DNA of 63,660 nt, the filler included, from Myxococcota bacterium (GTDB lineage: Bacteria; Myxococcota; Myxococcia; Myxococcales; Myxococcaceae), in the NCBI GenBank assembly GCA_049322255.1. It is 3 parts of 3 records of this genome, joined end to end, with 100 filler letters (N's around TTAATTAATTAA, not from the genome) between each part and the next. Parts side by side here need not be neighbours in the genome. Positions count along the whole stretch, not along the records: positions 1 to 21,880 come from JBMORE010000071.1; positions 21,981 to 43,806 come from JBMORE010000072.1; 1 more part is not named here. One strand, written 5' to 3'. The position numbers and the translations under genes are program-made. Shown piece by piece: positions 19,814 through 30,460 of this stretch (the stretch's first letter is position 1; each line of letters begins with the position of its first letter). Below the pieces are notes generated by a model, which did not search any database, had not been told where the DNA came from, and worked only from the letters and a program-made list of their open reading frames with translations.

Positions 19814-21178
19814 CTATCCGCGCTCCAGCTCGCGGCGCACCTGGGCCAGGCCCGAGTCCCACGGGGGAGCCTTGCCGCACACCGTCCACAACAGGCGCTC
19901 CACCACCAACCGCCCTCCGCCGAGCTTGAGCGCCAGGTCAGACTCGGCGCAGGCGGCCAGGGCTGCCAAGAGCTCCTGGCGGCCGTAGCGGGCCGCCGCC
20001 TGCATGCCCATGAATGCCGCATACGGGTGCGGCACCCTCGCCTTGGCCGATTTCGCCTCGGCTTCGATGTGCGAAAACAGCCGCGCCTTGAAGTCGTCGA
20101 AGGAGCGTGGCGGCCGTCCGCCCGAAAGCTGTGCCAGCCGCTCGGCGTTGACGAGCAAGGTGCGCACCACCGAGGCCACCGCGCCCAGGAGCGCCAGGGG
20201 GGCCGCACCCTTGCCGAGCGCTTCGTCGGCATAGGCGAGCGCGGCGGCGAGATCGCGCTTCTGCAGGGCGTCGGACAGCTCCATGAACTCTTCTTCGCGG
20301 GCATGGCCCACGAGCAAGTCGACGTCGGCGAGCTGAATGACCTGGCCCTCGGCGTAGAGGGCGAGCTTCTCCAGCTCCGACTGCAACAGGCGCATGTTCC
20401 CGCCGCAGCGCTCCTTGAGCAGCTCGGCCGCCTGCGGTGCGAGACGCTTTTTGTACGGGGCGAGTACCTCATGGGCCAGGCCGGCGACGTCGAGGTCTTT
20501 GAGCCGCGAGGCGACCTTGCGCTCGATCACCCTGCCCGCTTCCTTCGCCAGGCGCACCCACGTGTGTTTCGGGTCGACCTCGGTGGCACAAATCACCAGG
20601 GCGTGGCCCTTCGGCAACCCCTTCTCGACGAGCGCGACCAGCGCGCTGTCGTCACCCTCGGGAGCCGACATCCCCTCTTCACGGCAGAGGGCCGCCACCT
20701 CACGCAAGAACGCCACATCGGCGTCAGCGAGCTCGACGTTCAGCTCTTCACGCCACGCTTCCACCCCCGGAGCGCCCGCCGCCGACGGATCGAGCTCGGC
20801 CACCGACCAGCCAGCACGTGCTGCGAGCGACAGCACCCGGCGAGCTCCCTCCTTGCGCCGCCCCGACTTCCACGCCTCGCGCGCCCTGCCGAGCACGTCG
20901 CCTCGGCCCTTCTTCGGCACGAGGTTCTCCGGGTCTTTGAGGAAAACCACCTTCCGACCAGGGAAGAGCGGCAAGGTCGCCAGTTCCTGCGCCACCTCGC
21001 GGGGCGAGGCTCCATCGAGCGCCACGCAGTTGAGCCCCATCGCCGGTTCGGGGACGAGCCGCTCGATCAGCGCCTCGGCGCCCTTGCGCGCGAGAAACTC
21101 CTCGCCCCAGACCAAGTACAGCGGCAAGACGCCGCCAGCCTCGATCTCGCTCAAAATTTCTTCGAGGTCGTCGCTCAC
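19814..21178 (-). CDS. holA: DNA polymerase III delta subunit
   Basis: PLYLVWGEEFL, ATLPLFPGRKVV, LQSELEKLALY, SDLALKLGG. Confidence 0.88.
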   Translation of the reverse strand: MSDDLEEILSEIEAGGVLPLYLVWGEEFLARKGAEALIERLVPEPAMGLNCVALDGASPREVAQELATLPLFPGRKVVFLKDPENLVPKKGRGDVLGRAREAWKSGRRKEGARRVLSLAARAGWSVAELDPSAAGAPGVEAWREELNVELADADVAFLREVAALCREEGMSAPEGDDSALVALVEKGLPKGHALVICATEVDPKHTWVRLAKEAGRVIERKVASRLKDLDVAGLAHEVLAPYKKRLAPQAAELLKERCGGNMRLLQSELEKLALYAEGQVIQLADVDLLVGHAREEEFMELSDALQKRDLAAALAYADEALGKGAAPLALLGAVASVVRTLLVNAERLAQLSGGRPPRSFDDFKARLFSHIEAEAKSAKARVPHPYAAFMGMQAAARYGRQELLAALAACAESDLALKLGGGRLVVERLLWTVCGKAPPWDSGLAQVRRELERG

Positions 21179-21306
21179 GAAGGCCTATTCACCATGCGCG
21201 CGACGTTTTTCCTACTCCCTTGCTGAAGAAGCTTGCTCACAGGCAGCCCTTGGTGGGCCGGGGGACGATTTCCATCTTGATAGCGGAAGGCATGGAGGTG
21301 ACTTCG

Positions 21307-21855
21307 ATGAATCAACAAACGGTCGAAACGAAGCAGGTGGCGCCCGTCACGACGCCGCAGCCTCAGGCCACGGTCCGCCACGGTCTGATCGCTGGGTTGT
21401 TCGCAGGCGTGGTGTTCGCCGTCTTCGAGATGATCGCCGCCGCGGCGATGGGGGCTTCAGTGCTGGCGCCGTTCCAGATGTTTGCCTCGGTCCTCTTGGG
21501 GGTGAGGGCCATGGAAGGCTCGCTGACGCTGGGCGTATTCCTCGTGGGGTTGATCGTCCATTTCGTGCTCGCGGGTGCGTTCGGTGCGCTCTGGGGAACG
21601 ATTGTGCGTGCGGTATCGCCGGAGGTTCGCCAAAGCTTTGGCGCGCATTCGGCGCTGGCAGCGGGCTACGGGTTGGCGCTGTGGCTGGTGAACTTCCAAA
21701 TCATCGCCCGCATCCTCTACCCCTGGTTCCTCGCCGCCAACCAGCTCGTGCAGATCGTCTTGCACATGGTCTGCTACGGGCTGCCGTTGGGGCTGTTCCT
21801 GGTCGCGCGGCTGCGACCCATGGGTCGGCTCTTCCAGCGGCGCGTGACACCGTGA
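21307..21855 (+). CDS. Hypothetical integral membrane protein (about 4 TM)
   Basis: GGAGG RBS; GLIAGLFAGVVF, GLIVHF, GLALWLVNF, LHMVCYGLPLG. Confidence 0.75.
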   Translation: MNQQTVETKQVAPVTTPQPQATVRHGLIAGLFAGVVFAVFEMIAAAAMGASVLAPFQMFASVLLGVRAMEGSLTLGVFLVGLIVHFVLAGAFGALWGTIVRAVSPEVRQSFGAHSALAAGYGLALWLVNFQIIARILYPWFLAANQLVQIVLHMVCYGLPLGLFLVARLRPMGRLFQRRVTP

Positions 21856-21880
21856 GGAGCGCAAAGCTTGCCGAGGGTGG

Positions 21881-21980
21881 NNNNNNNNNNNNNNNNNNNN
21901 NNNNNNNNNNNNNNNNNNNNNNNNTTAATTAATTAANNNNNNNNNNNNNNNNNNNNNNNNNNNNNNNNNNNNNNNNNNNN
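21881..21980. other. Artificial contig linker
   Basis: N44-TTAATTAATTAA-N44 with stop codons in all six frames. Confidence 0.98.
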
Positions 21981-22039
21981 CACCACGCTGCATCCTAGAC
22001 GGCCAGACACAGGCTGCGTGATGAGCTGCTGCAGCGCTC

Positions 22040-22423
22040 CTACTCGCCTACGAGCGTCACCACATTGCTTGCGCTCGTCCCGTCTGAGTCGGTGACCGTG
22101 ACGGTGACTTGCCGTGAGCCCACGCTCGATACGGTGACTGTCGTGCTCGACAATGAGGAACCCGACTCGTCGGAAACCCTGTCGCCGTTCGTATCCCAGT
22201 CGTACTGGACGATGGACGTCGGGGGCTTCCCGCCGCAGCAACCGCACGAAAAACCATTCGCCCGCGTGGTCAGCGCGGCCTGGAACGGAACCTTCCCACG
22301 GGACGGCGAGGCGAGCAGGTACACCGCCGTTTCTTCTACTTGGCAAGTCTCGGCGCGCGAACCGCAGCCAACGAGGAACATTGCCGCGGCAATCCACGCC
22401 ATGTATCGATGAGATGGGGTCAT
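22040..22423 (-). CDS. Small lipoprotein with PKD-like domain
   Basis: Lipobox LVGC; IVQYDWDTNGD and VTVTVTDSDG PKD motifs. Confidence 0.7.
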   Translation of the reverse strand: MTPSHRYMAWIAAAMFLVGCGSRAETCQVEETAVYLLASPSRGKVPFQAALTTRANGFSCGCCGGKPPTSIVQYDWDTNGDRVSDESGSSLSSTTVTVSSVGSRQVTVTVTDSDGTSASNVVTLVGE

Positions 22424-22604
22424 GAAACAAGCGTTCAAGCAAACGCTGTACCGTGACGGGGAACGTGTGGTTCCGTTGGAATGGATTCTGAACGGGGTTG
22501 GACGCTGTGCATGCGGAGCCAGACCGCATCAGGAATCTGAGGGCGCACCTCGATAGGTCTTGAAGCCGGGCCTGCGGCCGACTACCAGCTTTCATGGAGG
22601 CTTC

Positions 22605-24653
22605 ATGAACCGGCTCACCCACGAGTCTTCACCCTACCTGCGCCAGCACGCGGCCAACCCGGTGGACTGGTACCCCTGGGGCGAAGAAGCGCTCGTGCGC
22701 GCCCGGGAGGAAGACAAGCCGATTCACCTCTCGGTTGGCTACTCGGCTTGCCATTGGTGCCACGTGATGGCCCACGAATGCTTCGAGGACAAGGACATCG
22801 CCCGGGTGATGAACGAGCACTTCGTGAACATCAAGGTGGACCGCGAGGAGCGGCCGGACCTGGACCAAATCTACCAAGGCGTGGTGCAGCTGATGGGGCG
22901 CGGCGGCGGCTGGCCGCTGACGGTGTTCCTCACTCCCGACTTACGGCCGTTCTTCGGGGGCACGTACTTTCCTCCCGATGACCGCCACGGGATGCCGAGC
23001 TTTCCCCGCTTGCTCCTGGGGCTGTCGAACGCCTGGAAGAAGCAGCGCAACGACGTCGAGGCGCAGGCGGAAGAGCTCAAGAAGGGGCTTTTGTTTCTCG
23101 GCGCCTACGGGCTCGACGTCGCCCCGGCCGAGCTTTCTACCGACGACGTCGTGCGCGCTGCTCGGCGCCTCGAGGAAGAGATTGATCGCGTGCACGGCGG
23201 CTTTGGCACTGCCCCCAAGTTTCCCAACCCGATGAACGTGGCGTTGCTCCTGCGGGGCTACCGGCGAACCAAGGACGACAACCTCTCGAGCGCGGTGACG
23301 CTCACGCTCGAGCGCATGGCCAAGGGTGGCATCTACGATCAGCTCGGCGGCGGCTTCCACCGCTACTCAGTCGACGAGCGGTGGCTGGTGCCGCACTTCG
23401 AGAAGATGCTCTACGACAACGCACAGCTCGTGCACTTGTATGCCGAAGCCGAGCAGGTCGCTCCCCGGCCGCTGTGGCGCAAGGTGGTCGAGGAGACGGT
23501 GGAGTACCTGCGGCGCGAGATGACCTCTCCTGGCGGTGGCTTCTACGCCACCCAGGACGCCGACAGCGAAGGCGAGGAAGGGAAATTTTTCGTCTGGACT
23601 CCGGCGCAGCTCGACGAGGTGCTCCCTTCGGACTTGTCGGAGTTGGCGAAGGCGCATTTCAACGTGCGCGAGAGCGGGAACTTCGAGCACGGCTCGACGG
23701 TGCTCGAGGTGGTGCGCGACGCCGAAGACTTGGCGAAGGCAAGCGGCCGAGAGGTTGCCGAGGTGGAGAAGGACCTCGAGCGCGTGCGTCAGCTGCTCTT
23801 CGCGGCGCGTCGAGCGCGAGTTGCTCCGGGGCGCGACGACAAGGTCTTGGCCGGTTGGAATGGGTTGATGATTCGCGGGCTCTCTTTTGCCGCGCGCGCG
23901 TTCAATCGCCCCGAGTGGGCCACGCTCGCCGTTCGCGCTGCCGATTTCGTCCTCGAGCACCAATGGCGTGAGGGACGCCTGTGGCGTGTGTACCAGGACG
24001 GTCGAGCGCGCATCGACGGGTTTCTCGAGGACTATGGTGACTTCGCCTCCGGCCTCGTCGCGCTCTACCAGGCCACTTTCGACGCCAAGTACCTCGAGGT
24101 CGCCGAACGCATCGTCGATGTCGCGGTCGAGCGCTTCTTCGATGCACGGAAGAACGCCTACCTCACCGCGCCCAGAGCACAGAAAGACTTGCTCGTTCCT
24201 ACCTACACGGTGCACGACAACGCCTTCCCCTCGGGCGCGTCCAGCCTCACCGAAGCGCAGGTGGCGCTGGCCGCCCTCACCGGCCGGCAGCGGCACCTGT
24301 CCCAAGCGGAGCGGTATTTGAAGAAGATGCGCGACGAGGCCGCTCGAAATCCGTTCGCCTTCGGGCACTGGTGGCTGGCTGCTGACGCCTGGCTCGACGG
24401 CGCTGCAGAGGTGACGGTGGTGGGCCCGCGGGATATGCGCGCGCCGCTGGTGGAGACGGTGAATGGCACCTATGCGCCCACGGTGAGCCTCGCCGCCGTC
24501 GATTTGTCCGAAGCCGTTCCGGAGGTTCTTTCCGAGGTGATGGTTGGACGGGTTTCTGGCGACGGTCGTGCCGCGGCGTACTTGTGCCGACATTTTGCCT
24601 GCCGGCCGCCTATCTTCCAGCCAGCGGAGCTGCGGGCTGCGCTGACGGGTTAG
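22605..24653 (+). CDS. Thioredoxin domain-containing protein (YyaL/SSP411 family)
   Basis: [56 protein letters not shown]. Confidence 0.95.
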   Translation: MNRLTHESSPYLRQHAANPVDWYPWGEEALVRAREEDKPIHLSVGYSACHWCHVMAHECFEDKDIARVMNEHFVNIKVDREERPDLDQIYQGVVQLMGRGGGWPLTVFLTPDLRPFFGGTYFPPDDRHGMPSFPRLLLGLSNAWKKQRNDVEAQAEELKKGLLFLGAYGLDVAPAELSTDDVVRAARRLEEEIDRVHGGFGTAPKFPNPMNVALLLRGYRRTKDDNLSSAVTLTLERMAKGGIYDQLGGGFHRYSVDERWLVPHFEKMLYDNAQLVHLYAEAEQVAPRPLWRKVVEETVEYLRREMTSPGGGFYATQDADSEGEEGKFFVWTPAQLDEVLPSDLSELAKAHFNVRESGNFEHGSTVLEVVRDAEDLAKASGREVAEVEKDLERVRQLLFAARRARVAPGRDDKVLAGWNGLMIRGLSFAARAFNRPEWATLAVRAADFVLEHQWREGRLWRVYQDGRARIDGFLEDYGDFASGLVALYQATFDAKYLEVAERIVDVAVERFFDARKNAYLTAPRAQKDLLVPTYTVHDNAFPSGASSLTEAQVALAALTGRQRHLSQAERYLKKMRDEAARNPFAFGHWWLAADAWLDGAAEVTVVGPRDMRAPLVETVNGTYAPTVSLAAVDLSEAVPEVLSEVMVGRVSGDGRAAAYLCRHFACRPPIFQPAELRAALTG

Positions 24654-24656
24654 GGG

Positions 24657-24691
24657 CCCCTCACCCTTGCCCTCTCCCAAGGGGAGAGGGA
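24657..24691. repeat. REP-like intergenic palindrome, copy 3
   Basis: CCCCTCACCCTTGCCCTCTCCCAAGGGGAGAGGGA. Confidence 0.8.
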
Positions 24692-24704
24692 TGAGTTGGA
24701 GAAT

Positions 24705-26483
24705 ATGAACGCTGCTCAAACCGATGCGCTGCGCTGGGATTTGAAGGACCTCTATGCTTCGCCGGAGGACGGCCGCGTGGGCGACGACCTGGGCCGCGCC
24801 ACTGCGCTCGCCGAGGAGTTTGCCAGACGCTTTCGGGGCCGCGTGCCGCAGCTTTCGCCCGCCGAGCTCCAGGAGGCGCTTTCGGCCTACGAGGCGTTGA
24901 TGGAGGTGGCGTACCGCCCCCAGCTGTACGCGCAGTTGCTGTTCTCCGGTCAGACCGAGGACGAGAAGGCTCAGGCGTTGCTCAACCGCGCCCGTCAAGC
25001 GACGACGGAGGCGCTCAACAAGACGCGCTTCTTCGATGTCGAGCTCAAGAAGATGCCGGCCGCGGACTTCCAGAAGCTCGAGGCTGCGCCGGTGCTGGCA
25101 AGCTACCGGCACTACCTGAGCGCGCTGCGGCGCTTTGCTCCCTTCACCCTCTCGGAAGCGGAGGAGAAGCTCGCCGAGCTGAAGAACCTCACCGGGCGCG
25201 CCGCCTTCTCTCAGCTCTACACCGAGGTTGCCTCACGCATTCGCATTCCTCTGGAGGTGGAAGGCAAGACCAAGGAGGTGAACGTCGCCGAGGCGCGTGC
25301 GCTGCGCTCCAGCCCCGACCGGGCGCTTCGCCGCCGCGCCACCGACGGGCTGATGAAGGCCTTCGAAGACGAGCACCACGTGCTCAACTACTGCTTCAAC
25401 ACCCTCTACCAGGACCATGCGCTGGAGGTGACGCAGCGCGGCTTTCCTGGCGTCGCCGAGCCCACCTACCTGGAAGACGAGCTGCCCGCCGAGGTGGTGG
25501 AGAACCTTTTGGCCATCACCGAGCGTCATTACCCGCTGGCGCAGCGCTACATGAAGCTCAAGGCGCGCGCGCTCGGGCTTTCCGACTTTTCCTCTCACGA
25601 CGTCTTGGCGCCGCTGCAGAAGAGCGAAAAGAAAGTTCCCTTCGAGGAAGGCCGCCAGCTGGTGCTCGACGCCTTCGGCGCCTTCGACGGCCGCTTCCGA
25701 GACATCGCCGGGGAGTTCTTCGACCACAGATGGATTGACGTGATGCCACGGCCAGGCAAGCGCGACGGCGCCTTCTGCTCGGGGATGCTTCCTTCGCTCC
25801 ACCCGTACGTGCTGCTCAACTACAACGAGCGCATCGAGGACGTCTCCACCCTCGCCCACGAGCTGGGGCACGGAATTCATTTCTATCTGTCGCGCCGGAA
25901 TTCTCCGCTCAACTTCTGGCCAACGACCCCGATGGCCGAGACCGCTTCGGTCTTCGGCGAGCTTCTCTTGATGAAGCGTCTGCTCGAGGGCGAGAAGGAC
26001 AAAGAGGTGCGCAAAAGCCTTCTGGCGGTGCGCATCGAAGACATTCTTTCCACCGTGTTCAACCAGGTGAGCTACGTGCGCTGGGAGCAGAAGGCGCACG
26101 CGCGGCGCGCCGGCGGGGTGGTGCCCGCGGAAGACTTCTCCTCGCTGTGGATGGAGGAGCGAACACGGCTCTACGGCGACGCGGTGCGCTTTTTCCCGCA
26201 AGATCGTTGGGGGTGGATCTCCATCCCCCACTTCGTGCACTACCGCTTCTATTGCTACAGCTACGCCTTCGGGCAGCTCCTCGTGCTCGCCCTGTTCAAG
26301 AAGTACGAGGAGGAAGGCGCCTCCTTCGTGCCCAAGTACGTCGAGCTGCTCTCCTGTGGCAGCGCCGACACCCCACAAGCGATGCTTGCGCGGGTGGGGG
26401 TCGACCTTTCCGACGCGGGTTTCTGGGGGCGTGGCTTCTCTACTCTCGAGGGACTCTTGGGCGAATTCGAGGCGCTGCTCTGA
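24705..26483 (+). CDS. pepF: M3B oligoendopeptidase (PepF-like)
   Basis: WDLKDLY, GKRDGAFC, TLAHELGHG (HExxH), AETASVF, FYCYSYAFG. Confidence 0.93.
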   Translation: MNAAQTDALRWDLKDLYASPEDGRVGDDLGRATALAEEFARRFRGRVPQLSPAELQEALSAYEALMEVAYRPQLYAQLLFSGQTEDEKAQALLNRARQATTEALNKTRFFDVELKKMPAADFQKLEAAPVLASYRHYLSALRRFAPFTLSEAEEKLAELKNLTGRAAFSQLYTEVASRIRIPLEVEGKTKEVNVAEARALRSSPDRALRRRATDGLMKAFEDEHHVLNYCFNTLYQDHALEVTQRGFPGVAEPTYLEDELPAEVVENLLAITERHYPLAQRYMKLKARALGLSDFSSHDVLAPLQKSEKKVPFEEGRQLVLDAFGAFDGRFRDIAGEFFDHRWIDVMPRPGKRDGAFCSGMLPSLHPYVLLNYNERIEDVSTLAHELGHGIHFYLSRRNSPLNFWPTTPMAETASVFGELLLMKRLLEGEKDKEVRKSLLAVRIEDILSTVFNQVSYVRWEQKAHARRAGGVVPAEDFSSLWMEERTRLYGDAVRFFPQDRWGWISIPHFVHYRFYCYSYAFGQLLVLALFKKYEEEGASFVPKYVELLSCGSADTPQAMLARVGVDLSDAGFWGRGFSTLEGLLGEFEALL

Positions 26484-26777
26484 ATGGGCTCGACCCGAAA
26501 GGAGCGGCAGGCAGCCGAAGCTCGCCTGCGCATCGCGCTCGAACTCTTCGAGGCGGGCGTGGACATGATGCGGCAGAATCTTCGGCGGCGATTTCCGACT
26601 GAATCGGACGCACAGATCGAGGGGCGGCTATCCGCATGGCTGCGGGAAAGACCAGGCGCCGAATACGGCGACGCAGAAGGGCGCAGGGTGGACTGGCAGC
26701 GCACGGTCGCGGGCTCCCGGCGGCCCTCGCACAAATCGCGGGTCAGCTCGACACGCTCGGGCAACCGTACGCGCTGA
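26484..26777 (+). CDS. Small protein of the type found upstream of nucleotidyltransferase toxins (putative antitoxin); C-terminus probably read-through
   Basis: RLRIALELFEAGVDMMRQNLRRRFPTESDAQIEGRLSAWLRERPGAEYGDAEGR; starts right after the pepF stop. Confidence 0.65.
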   Translation: MGSTRKERQAAEARLRIALELFEAGVDMMRQNLRRRFPTESDAQIEGRLSAWLRERPGAEYGDAEGRRVDWQRTVAGSRRPSHKSRVSSTRSGNRTR

Positions 26778-26920
26778 TCGGCGGTCTTGCCGTCGCCCCC
26801 AAGACGACATCGATCTCGCGGTGTTGCTGCGCTCGGCTTTGCCTGGAGATGTGCGCATGGCGAAAACCTCCCTGCGCCTCATTCAGCGGCGCGGCTTCGG
26901 GCGTGGAAAGAAGCTCGTCA
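26712..26920 (+). pseudogene. Internally deleted nucleotidyltransferase (AbiEii-like) remnant
   Basis: One frame gives LPAALAQIAGQLDTLGQPYALIGGLAV; a shifted frame continues RPQDDIDLAVLLR...LIQRRGFGRGKKL; the middle is missing. Confidence 0.65.
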
Positions 26921-28960
26921 TGGAGCGCCGAGGGCGACGAGCTTTCCCGAAATCTCCAGCGCGTTGACCTCTTCGCGCTTGGGGCCCAGCGTGGGGAGGA
27001 GAAACCACGCCGCGTCGGCGAGGCGGTCGCGGTTTCGCAAAGAGGCCTCCGGTTGGAGCTCCACCGGTGTGCTGCCCGCCGCGGTGTGAAAGGTGAGGCG
27101 CAAGGCAGGCGGCACCCCTTCGGCGTGGACGTAGAAGACCCACCGGTCGTAGCGCGCATCGCCCTCGGTCGAGGCGTAGCCGAGCACGGTCACCCCGTGC
27201 GCCGAAAGCTGGAGGGGGCTGATTCCTCGTGGCAGCGGTGGTGGCGGCGCGGGCCGCTGTAGGTCGTACGCGCGAAGCCAAGCGTGCGCGGGCACTCCGG
27301 GGACAGCCTCGAACAGCTCGGCGGCCGGTGAGACGAGGTACGAGCGAAGGTCCTTGGCTTGCGCGGCGGGCAGATCGGGAGCGCGGCGGTACGCCATGCG
27401 ACCCGCGTAGAGCATGAGCGTTTCCGCGGTGAATTGGCCGCTCGCGTCATGGTCCACGTCGACCCACAACACGCTCTTCTTGGGCAGCTCCCGGCCCAAG
27501 GCGAGCCCGAGGTCGCGGGTGTACGTCACCTGGGAGCTCGTCTCCTCTTGCATCGCCCGCGCATGGAGCGCCCGCGGCGAGTCCACCAGCAGTCTCCAGC
27601 CCAACGTCAGCGTCGCCACTGTGGCCAGCCCGACGGTCAGCGGGGTGCGCAGTAATTTTGGGCGCGAGAGGAGAAATCCGCCCAGCGCGGCGACTGTGGC
27701 GAGGACGAGCCCTTCGGCCAATCCGGGGAGGCTTCGTGTCTGTGGCAAAACCGCGGGGACGAGGGCACGCAGCTGGGCGAGGTTGGGGAACGCACTTGTC
27801 GCCCACCCGGTGAACAGCCCCGCGGTGAGCGCGCCGCCCATCGCTGCCGAGCGCCAGAGGTCGTTGGCCAACAGCGCCAAGGCGGCGAACACCGCGGGAA
27901 TCGAATTCCACACCTGGGCGGGCACCTTCACCTCCATGAAGGTGTGCACGCCCCACGTGGCACCCAGCCAGAGCGCGAGCGCGACCACCACATACTCGCG
28001 GCGGTGAAGCGCGCGGAAGACGAGGTAGAGAAGCGCGAGCGCCCCCAGCACGTGGGGCAGCGGCTCCAGCTCGGTGCGCGCCAGCTCGTTGAAGACGCCG
28101 TCCACCGGCCGCGTCCAGGGGCCGACTTCGGCGGTGGCGCCTTGCACGTGACGAAAGACGATTCCATACGAGACGCGCCACGCCTCCGGCCAAGAGGTCG
28201 CGGCATGCAGCTCCCAGGGCAAGACGACGGCGGCGAAGCTCGCTCCCAAGGCCACCAGGGCCCGCAGGCGAGGCCCGGCACAGAAGCGCACCCATGAAAG
28301 GAACACCAAGGTGAAGGCCACTCCCAAAGGCACCAGCGAGAGCACGTTCTTGCACAGGTAAGCGACTCCGGTTGCCGCGCCCGCCGCCGCCGCCCAGCGC
28401 CAAGAGTCGCGCTCCACCGACCAAAGGAGCAGCGCCATCGCCAGAGTCACCCAGCCCACCAAGGTGCAGTCGGTGACGTCTCCGAACAGGTGCCCCTGAG
28501 TGAGCACCCAACCAAAGGGCAGGGCGAGAAAGCCCATCGACGCCACGGTGGCCCAGGCGCGTCCGGCAACGGAGCGGAGCATCAGGAAGAGCGCCGCCGC
28601 TGCGCCCAGCTGCCCCAAGAGCGAGCCCAGCCGCAGAGCCAGCGGGGTGAAGCCGACCAGATGCATCATCGCCGCGCCGAACCAGAAGGGCGCCGGAGGC
28701 TTGTGCAGCCACACTCCCGAGCTCCACCAGTGCGCGGGCTCGACAGGGTAGAGCTGCTCGAGATTGAGGTGCGGCACCGGGAAGCGCTCGTAGGTGCCGC
28801 GGGCCGCCGCCTGATGGAAGGCCTCGTCCCAGTCGTGCACCTTGGGGTGGTCGAGCCCGGGCAAGAGCAGCGCCAGCCCCCAGGCGACGATGAGCGAGAG
28901 GCAAAAGGCGTCGGCGCGCTGGAACGGGGCCACGTAGGCGTCGCGCTGGCCAGGCCGCAT
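26918..28960 (-). CDS. GT39/ArnT-like (GT-C) membrane glycosyltransferase
   Basis: DWDEAFH, WLHKPP, ALRLGS, AYLCK motifs; many TM helices. Confidence 0.85.
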   Translation of the reverse strand: MRPGQRDAYVAPFQRADAFCLSLIVAWGLALLLPGLDHPKVHDWDEAFHQAAARGTYERFPVPHLNLEQLYPVEPAHWWSSGVWLHKPPAPFWFGAAMMHLVGFTPLALRLGSLLGQLGAAAALFLMLRSVAGRAWATVASMGFLALPFGWVLTQGHLFGDVTDCTLVGWVTLAMALLLWSVERDSWRWAAAAGAATGVAYLCKNVLSLVPLGVAFTLVFLSWVRFCAGPRLRALVALGASFAAVVLPWELHAATSWPEAWRVSYGIVFRHVQGATAEVGPWTRPVDGVFNELARTELEPLPHVLGALALLYLVFRALHRREYVVVALALWLGATWGVHTFMEVKVPAQVWNSIPAVFAALALLANDLWRSAAMGGALTAGLFTGWATSAFPNLAQLRALVPAVLPQTRSLPGLAEGLVLATVAALGGFLLSRPKLLRTPLTVGLATVATLTLGWRLLVDSPRALHARAMQEETSSQVTYTRDLGLALGRELPKKSVLWVDVDHDASGQFTAETLMLYAGRMAYRRAPDLPAAQAKDLRSYLVSPAAELFEAVPGVPAHAWLRAYDLQRPAPPPPLPRGISPLQLSAHGVTVLGYASTEGDARYDRWVFYVHAEGVPPALRLTFHTAAGSTPVELQPEASLRNRDRLADAAWFLLPTLGPKREEVNALEISGKLVALGAP

Positions 28961-28966
28961 CGAGGT

Positions 28967-30460
28967 TCAATGAACGTCGAGAACCTTCAGCTGCCCGATG
29001 AGCGGAGTGATTTCGGCGTTGCCCTCCTCGCCCACCGCGAAGTGGGTGGCGTCGGCGACGTCTTGGCCGAAGGTGGGGTCGAGCTCGGTCCACTCGCCCA
29101 CATAGGCGCCTACCCACTCGTGCCAGTACAGCGCGGGAACGCCGTCGTCGTTGAGCATGTACACCACGCCGTCGACGCGCTTGGCGGGAATGCCGGCGGC
29201 GCGCATCAGCGCCACCGAGAGGAGCGAGTGCTCGGTGCAGTCGCCCTTTTTCTGCCGTAAGACGTCGGTGGCGCGGTCGGCCGAGGAGCCGTAGTCCTTC
29301 TCGAGGTTCCGGTACACCCAGGAGACGATGCGCTTGGCGGCGGCGTAAGCGTCGGTCTCGTCCCCCACGAGCTTTTGGGCGAGCGCGCGAATCTCCTCGT
29401 TGCTCGACTCGACGATGATCGAGCTTTTCAGGTAGCCGCCCCCGGAAGGATCGGCCAGCGGCAGCGCCGCCGGCTGCTTCGACGGCGGCGAAGCGCGCAC
29501 GGTGACTTCGACCTGGTCGTTGTGGCGCGCCCGGAAGGTTTGTCGGCTGGAGTCCTTGCGGAACTTCTCCGGCAGCCCGGTCATCACGAAGGTGAGCTGA
29601 CCAGGGACGGTGCGCATCGAGGGCGGAAGCTTCTTGGGCAACACCACCCGGGTGAGCCCGAAGACCTCCACTTGGTCCAGCCGCTTGGCGACGGGCTCCG
29701 ACTCGGCCACCGCGCGCATGGTGGCGCCGAACTGGATTTCCACCATCCGCCCTTTGTCGTCGAGAAACGCCTCGACCGGCACTTTCTCCTTCTCCGAAAC
29801 AGTCACCGCCTTGGAGAGCTTCACCTTCACCCCCCCCAAGGTGCGGGTCTCGGGCTCGCCCAGGGTGGTGGAAAGCCCGTAGGTCTCCAGGTCCATTCCG
29901 TCGGTGATGCGCCCTTGCACGTTCTTGCTGCGAAAAACCGCCACCCGCACCTGGTCGGCGTCTTCGATGGTCTCGGGTGAAGGCGGCAGCTTCAGCACCT
30001 CGTCAGGCTGATGAGGGCGTTTGCGTAGCACCGTCAAGCCGGTGGGGGTCGCCGTGGCCTCCAAGGTCTGATCGCCGCCGTCGCCTTGTTGCTCCACGGT
30101 GAAGGAAAGCAGCCGGCCGCCCACCTTGGCCTCGTAAACGCGCACTTCTTTGTGCCGGCGCTCGGAGATTTTGGAGCCCACGCTCGCCTTGAAGACGAAT
30201 TCGTTCACCGCCCGCGCTCGAGCCGGGTGGCTCTCCATCGCCTCCACGTGGGTGTAGAAGTAACCCACCTTCTTTCCCATCAGGTAGAGGCCGAAGTACT
30301 CGCCGTTCGCCGGGCGAGAGACCTTGAGCACATCCGAACGCTCGGCCGGCTGGATGGCAGCGACAGCGGCACTGGGCGCAGGCCCTGCCTTGCTTGGCTC
30401 GGCGCCCCTCGTGCAACCCGACAGCAAAAGGAGGGCGGCGAGCGCCGCGCGAAGCCTCAT
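28967..30460 (-). CDS. Transglutaminase-like lipoprotein
   Basis: Lipobox LSGC; GDCTEHS...HEW...LDPT Cys-His-Asp triad. Confidence 0.88.
   Translation of the reverse strand: MRLRAALAALLLLSGCTRGAEPSKAGPAPSAAVAAIQPAERSDVLKVSRPANGEYFGLYLMGKKVGYFYTHVEAMESHPARARAVNEFVFKASVGSKISERRHKEVRVYEAKVGGRLLSFTVEQQGDGGDQTLEATATPTGLTVLRKRPHQPDEVLKLPPSPETIEDADQVRVAVFRSKNVQGRITDGMDLETYGLSTTLGEPETRTLGGVKVKLSKAVTVSEKEKVPVEAFLDDKGRMVEIQFGATMRAVAESEPVAKRLDQVEVFGLTRVVLPKKLPPSMRTVPGQLTFVMTGLPEKFRKDSSRQTFRARHNDQVEVTVRASPPSKQPAALPLADPSGGGYLKSSIIVESSNEEIRALAQKLVGDETDAYAAAKRIVSWVYRNLEKDYGSSADRATDVLRQKKGDCTEHSLLSVALMRAAGIPAKRVDGVVYMLNDDGVPALYWHEWVGAYVGEWTELDPTFGQDVADATHFAVGEEGNAEITPLIGQLKVLDVH

Noticed and set aside
17791..20472. 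893-aa MetRS with long N-terminal extension
   Set aside because: Extension overlaps holA out of frame; real start is GTG 19800 with RBS.
21881..21980. TTAATTAATTAA palindrome within N runs (also 43807-43906)
   Set aside because: Synthetic six-frame-stop contig spacer; apparent chrA-sufD and other cross-linker adjacencies are artefacts.
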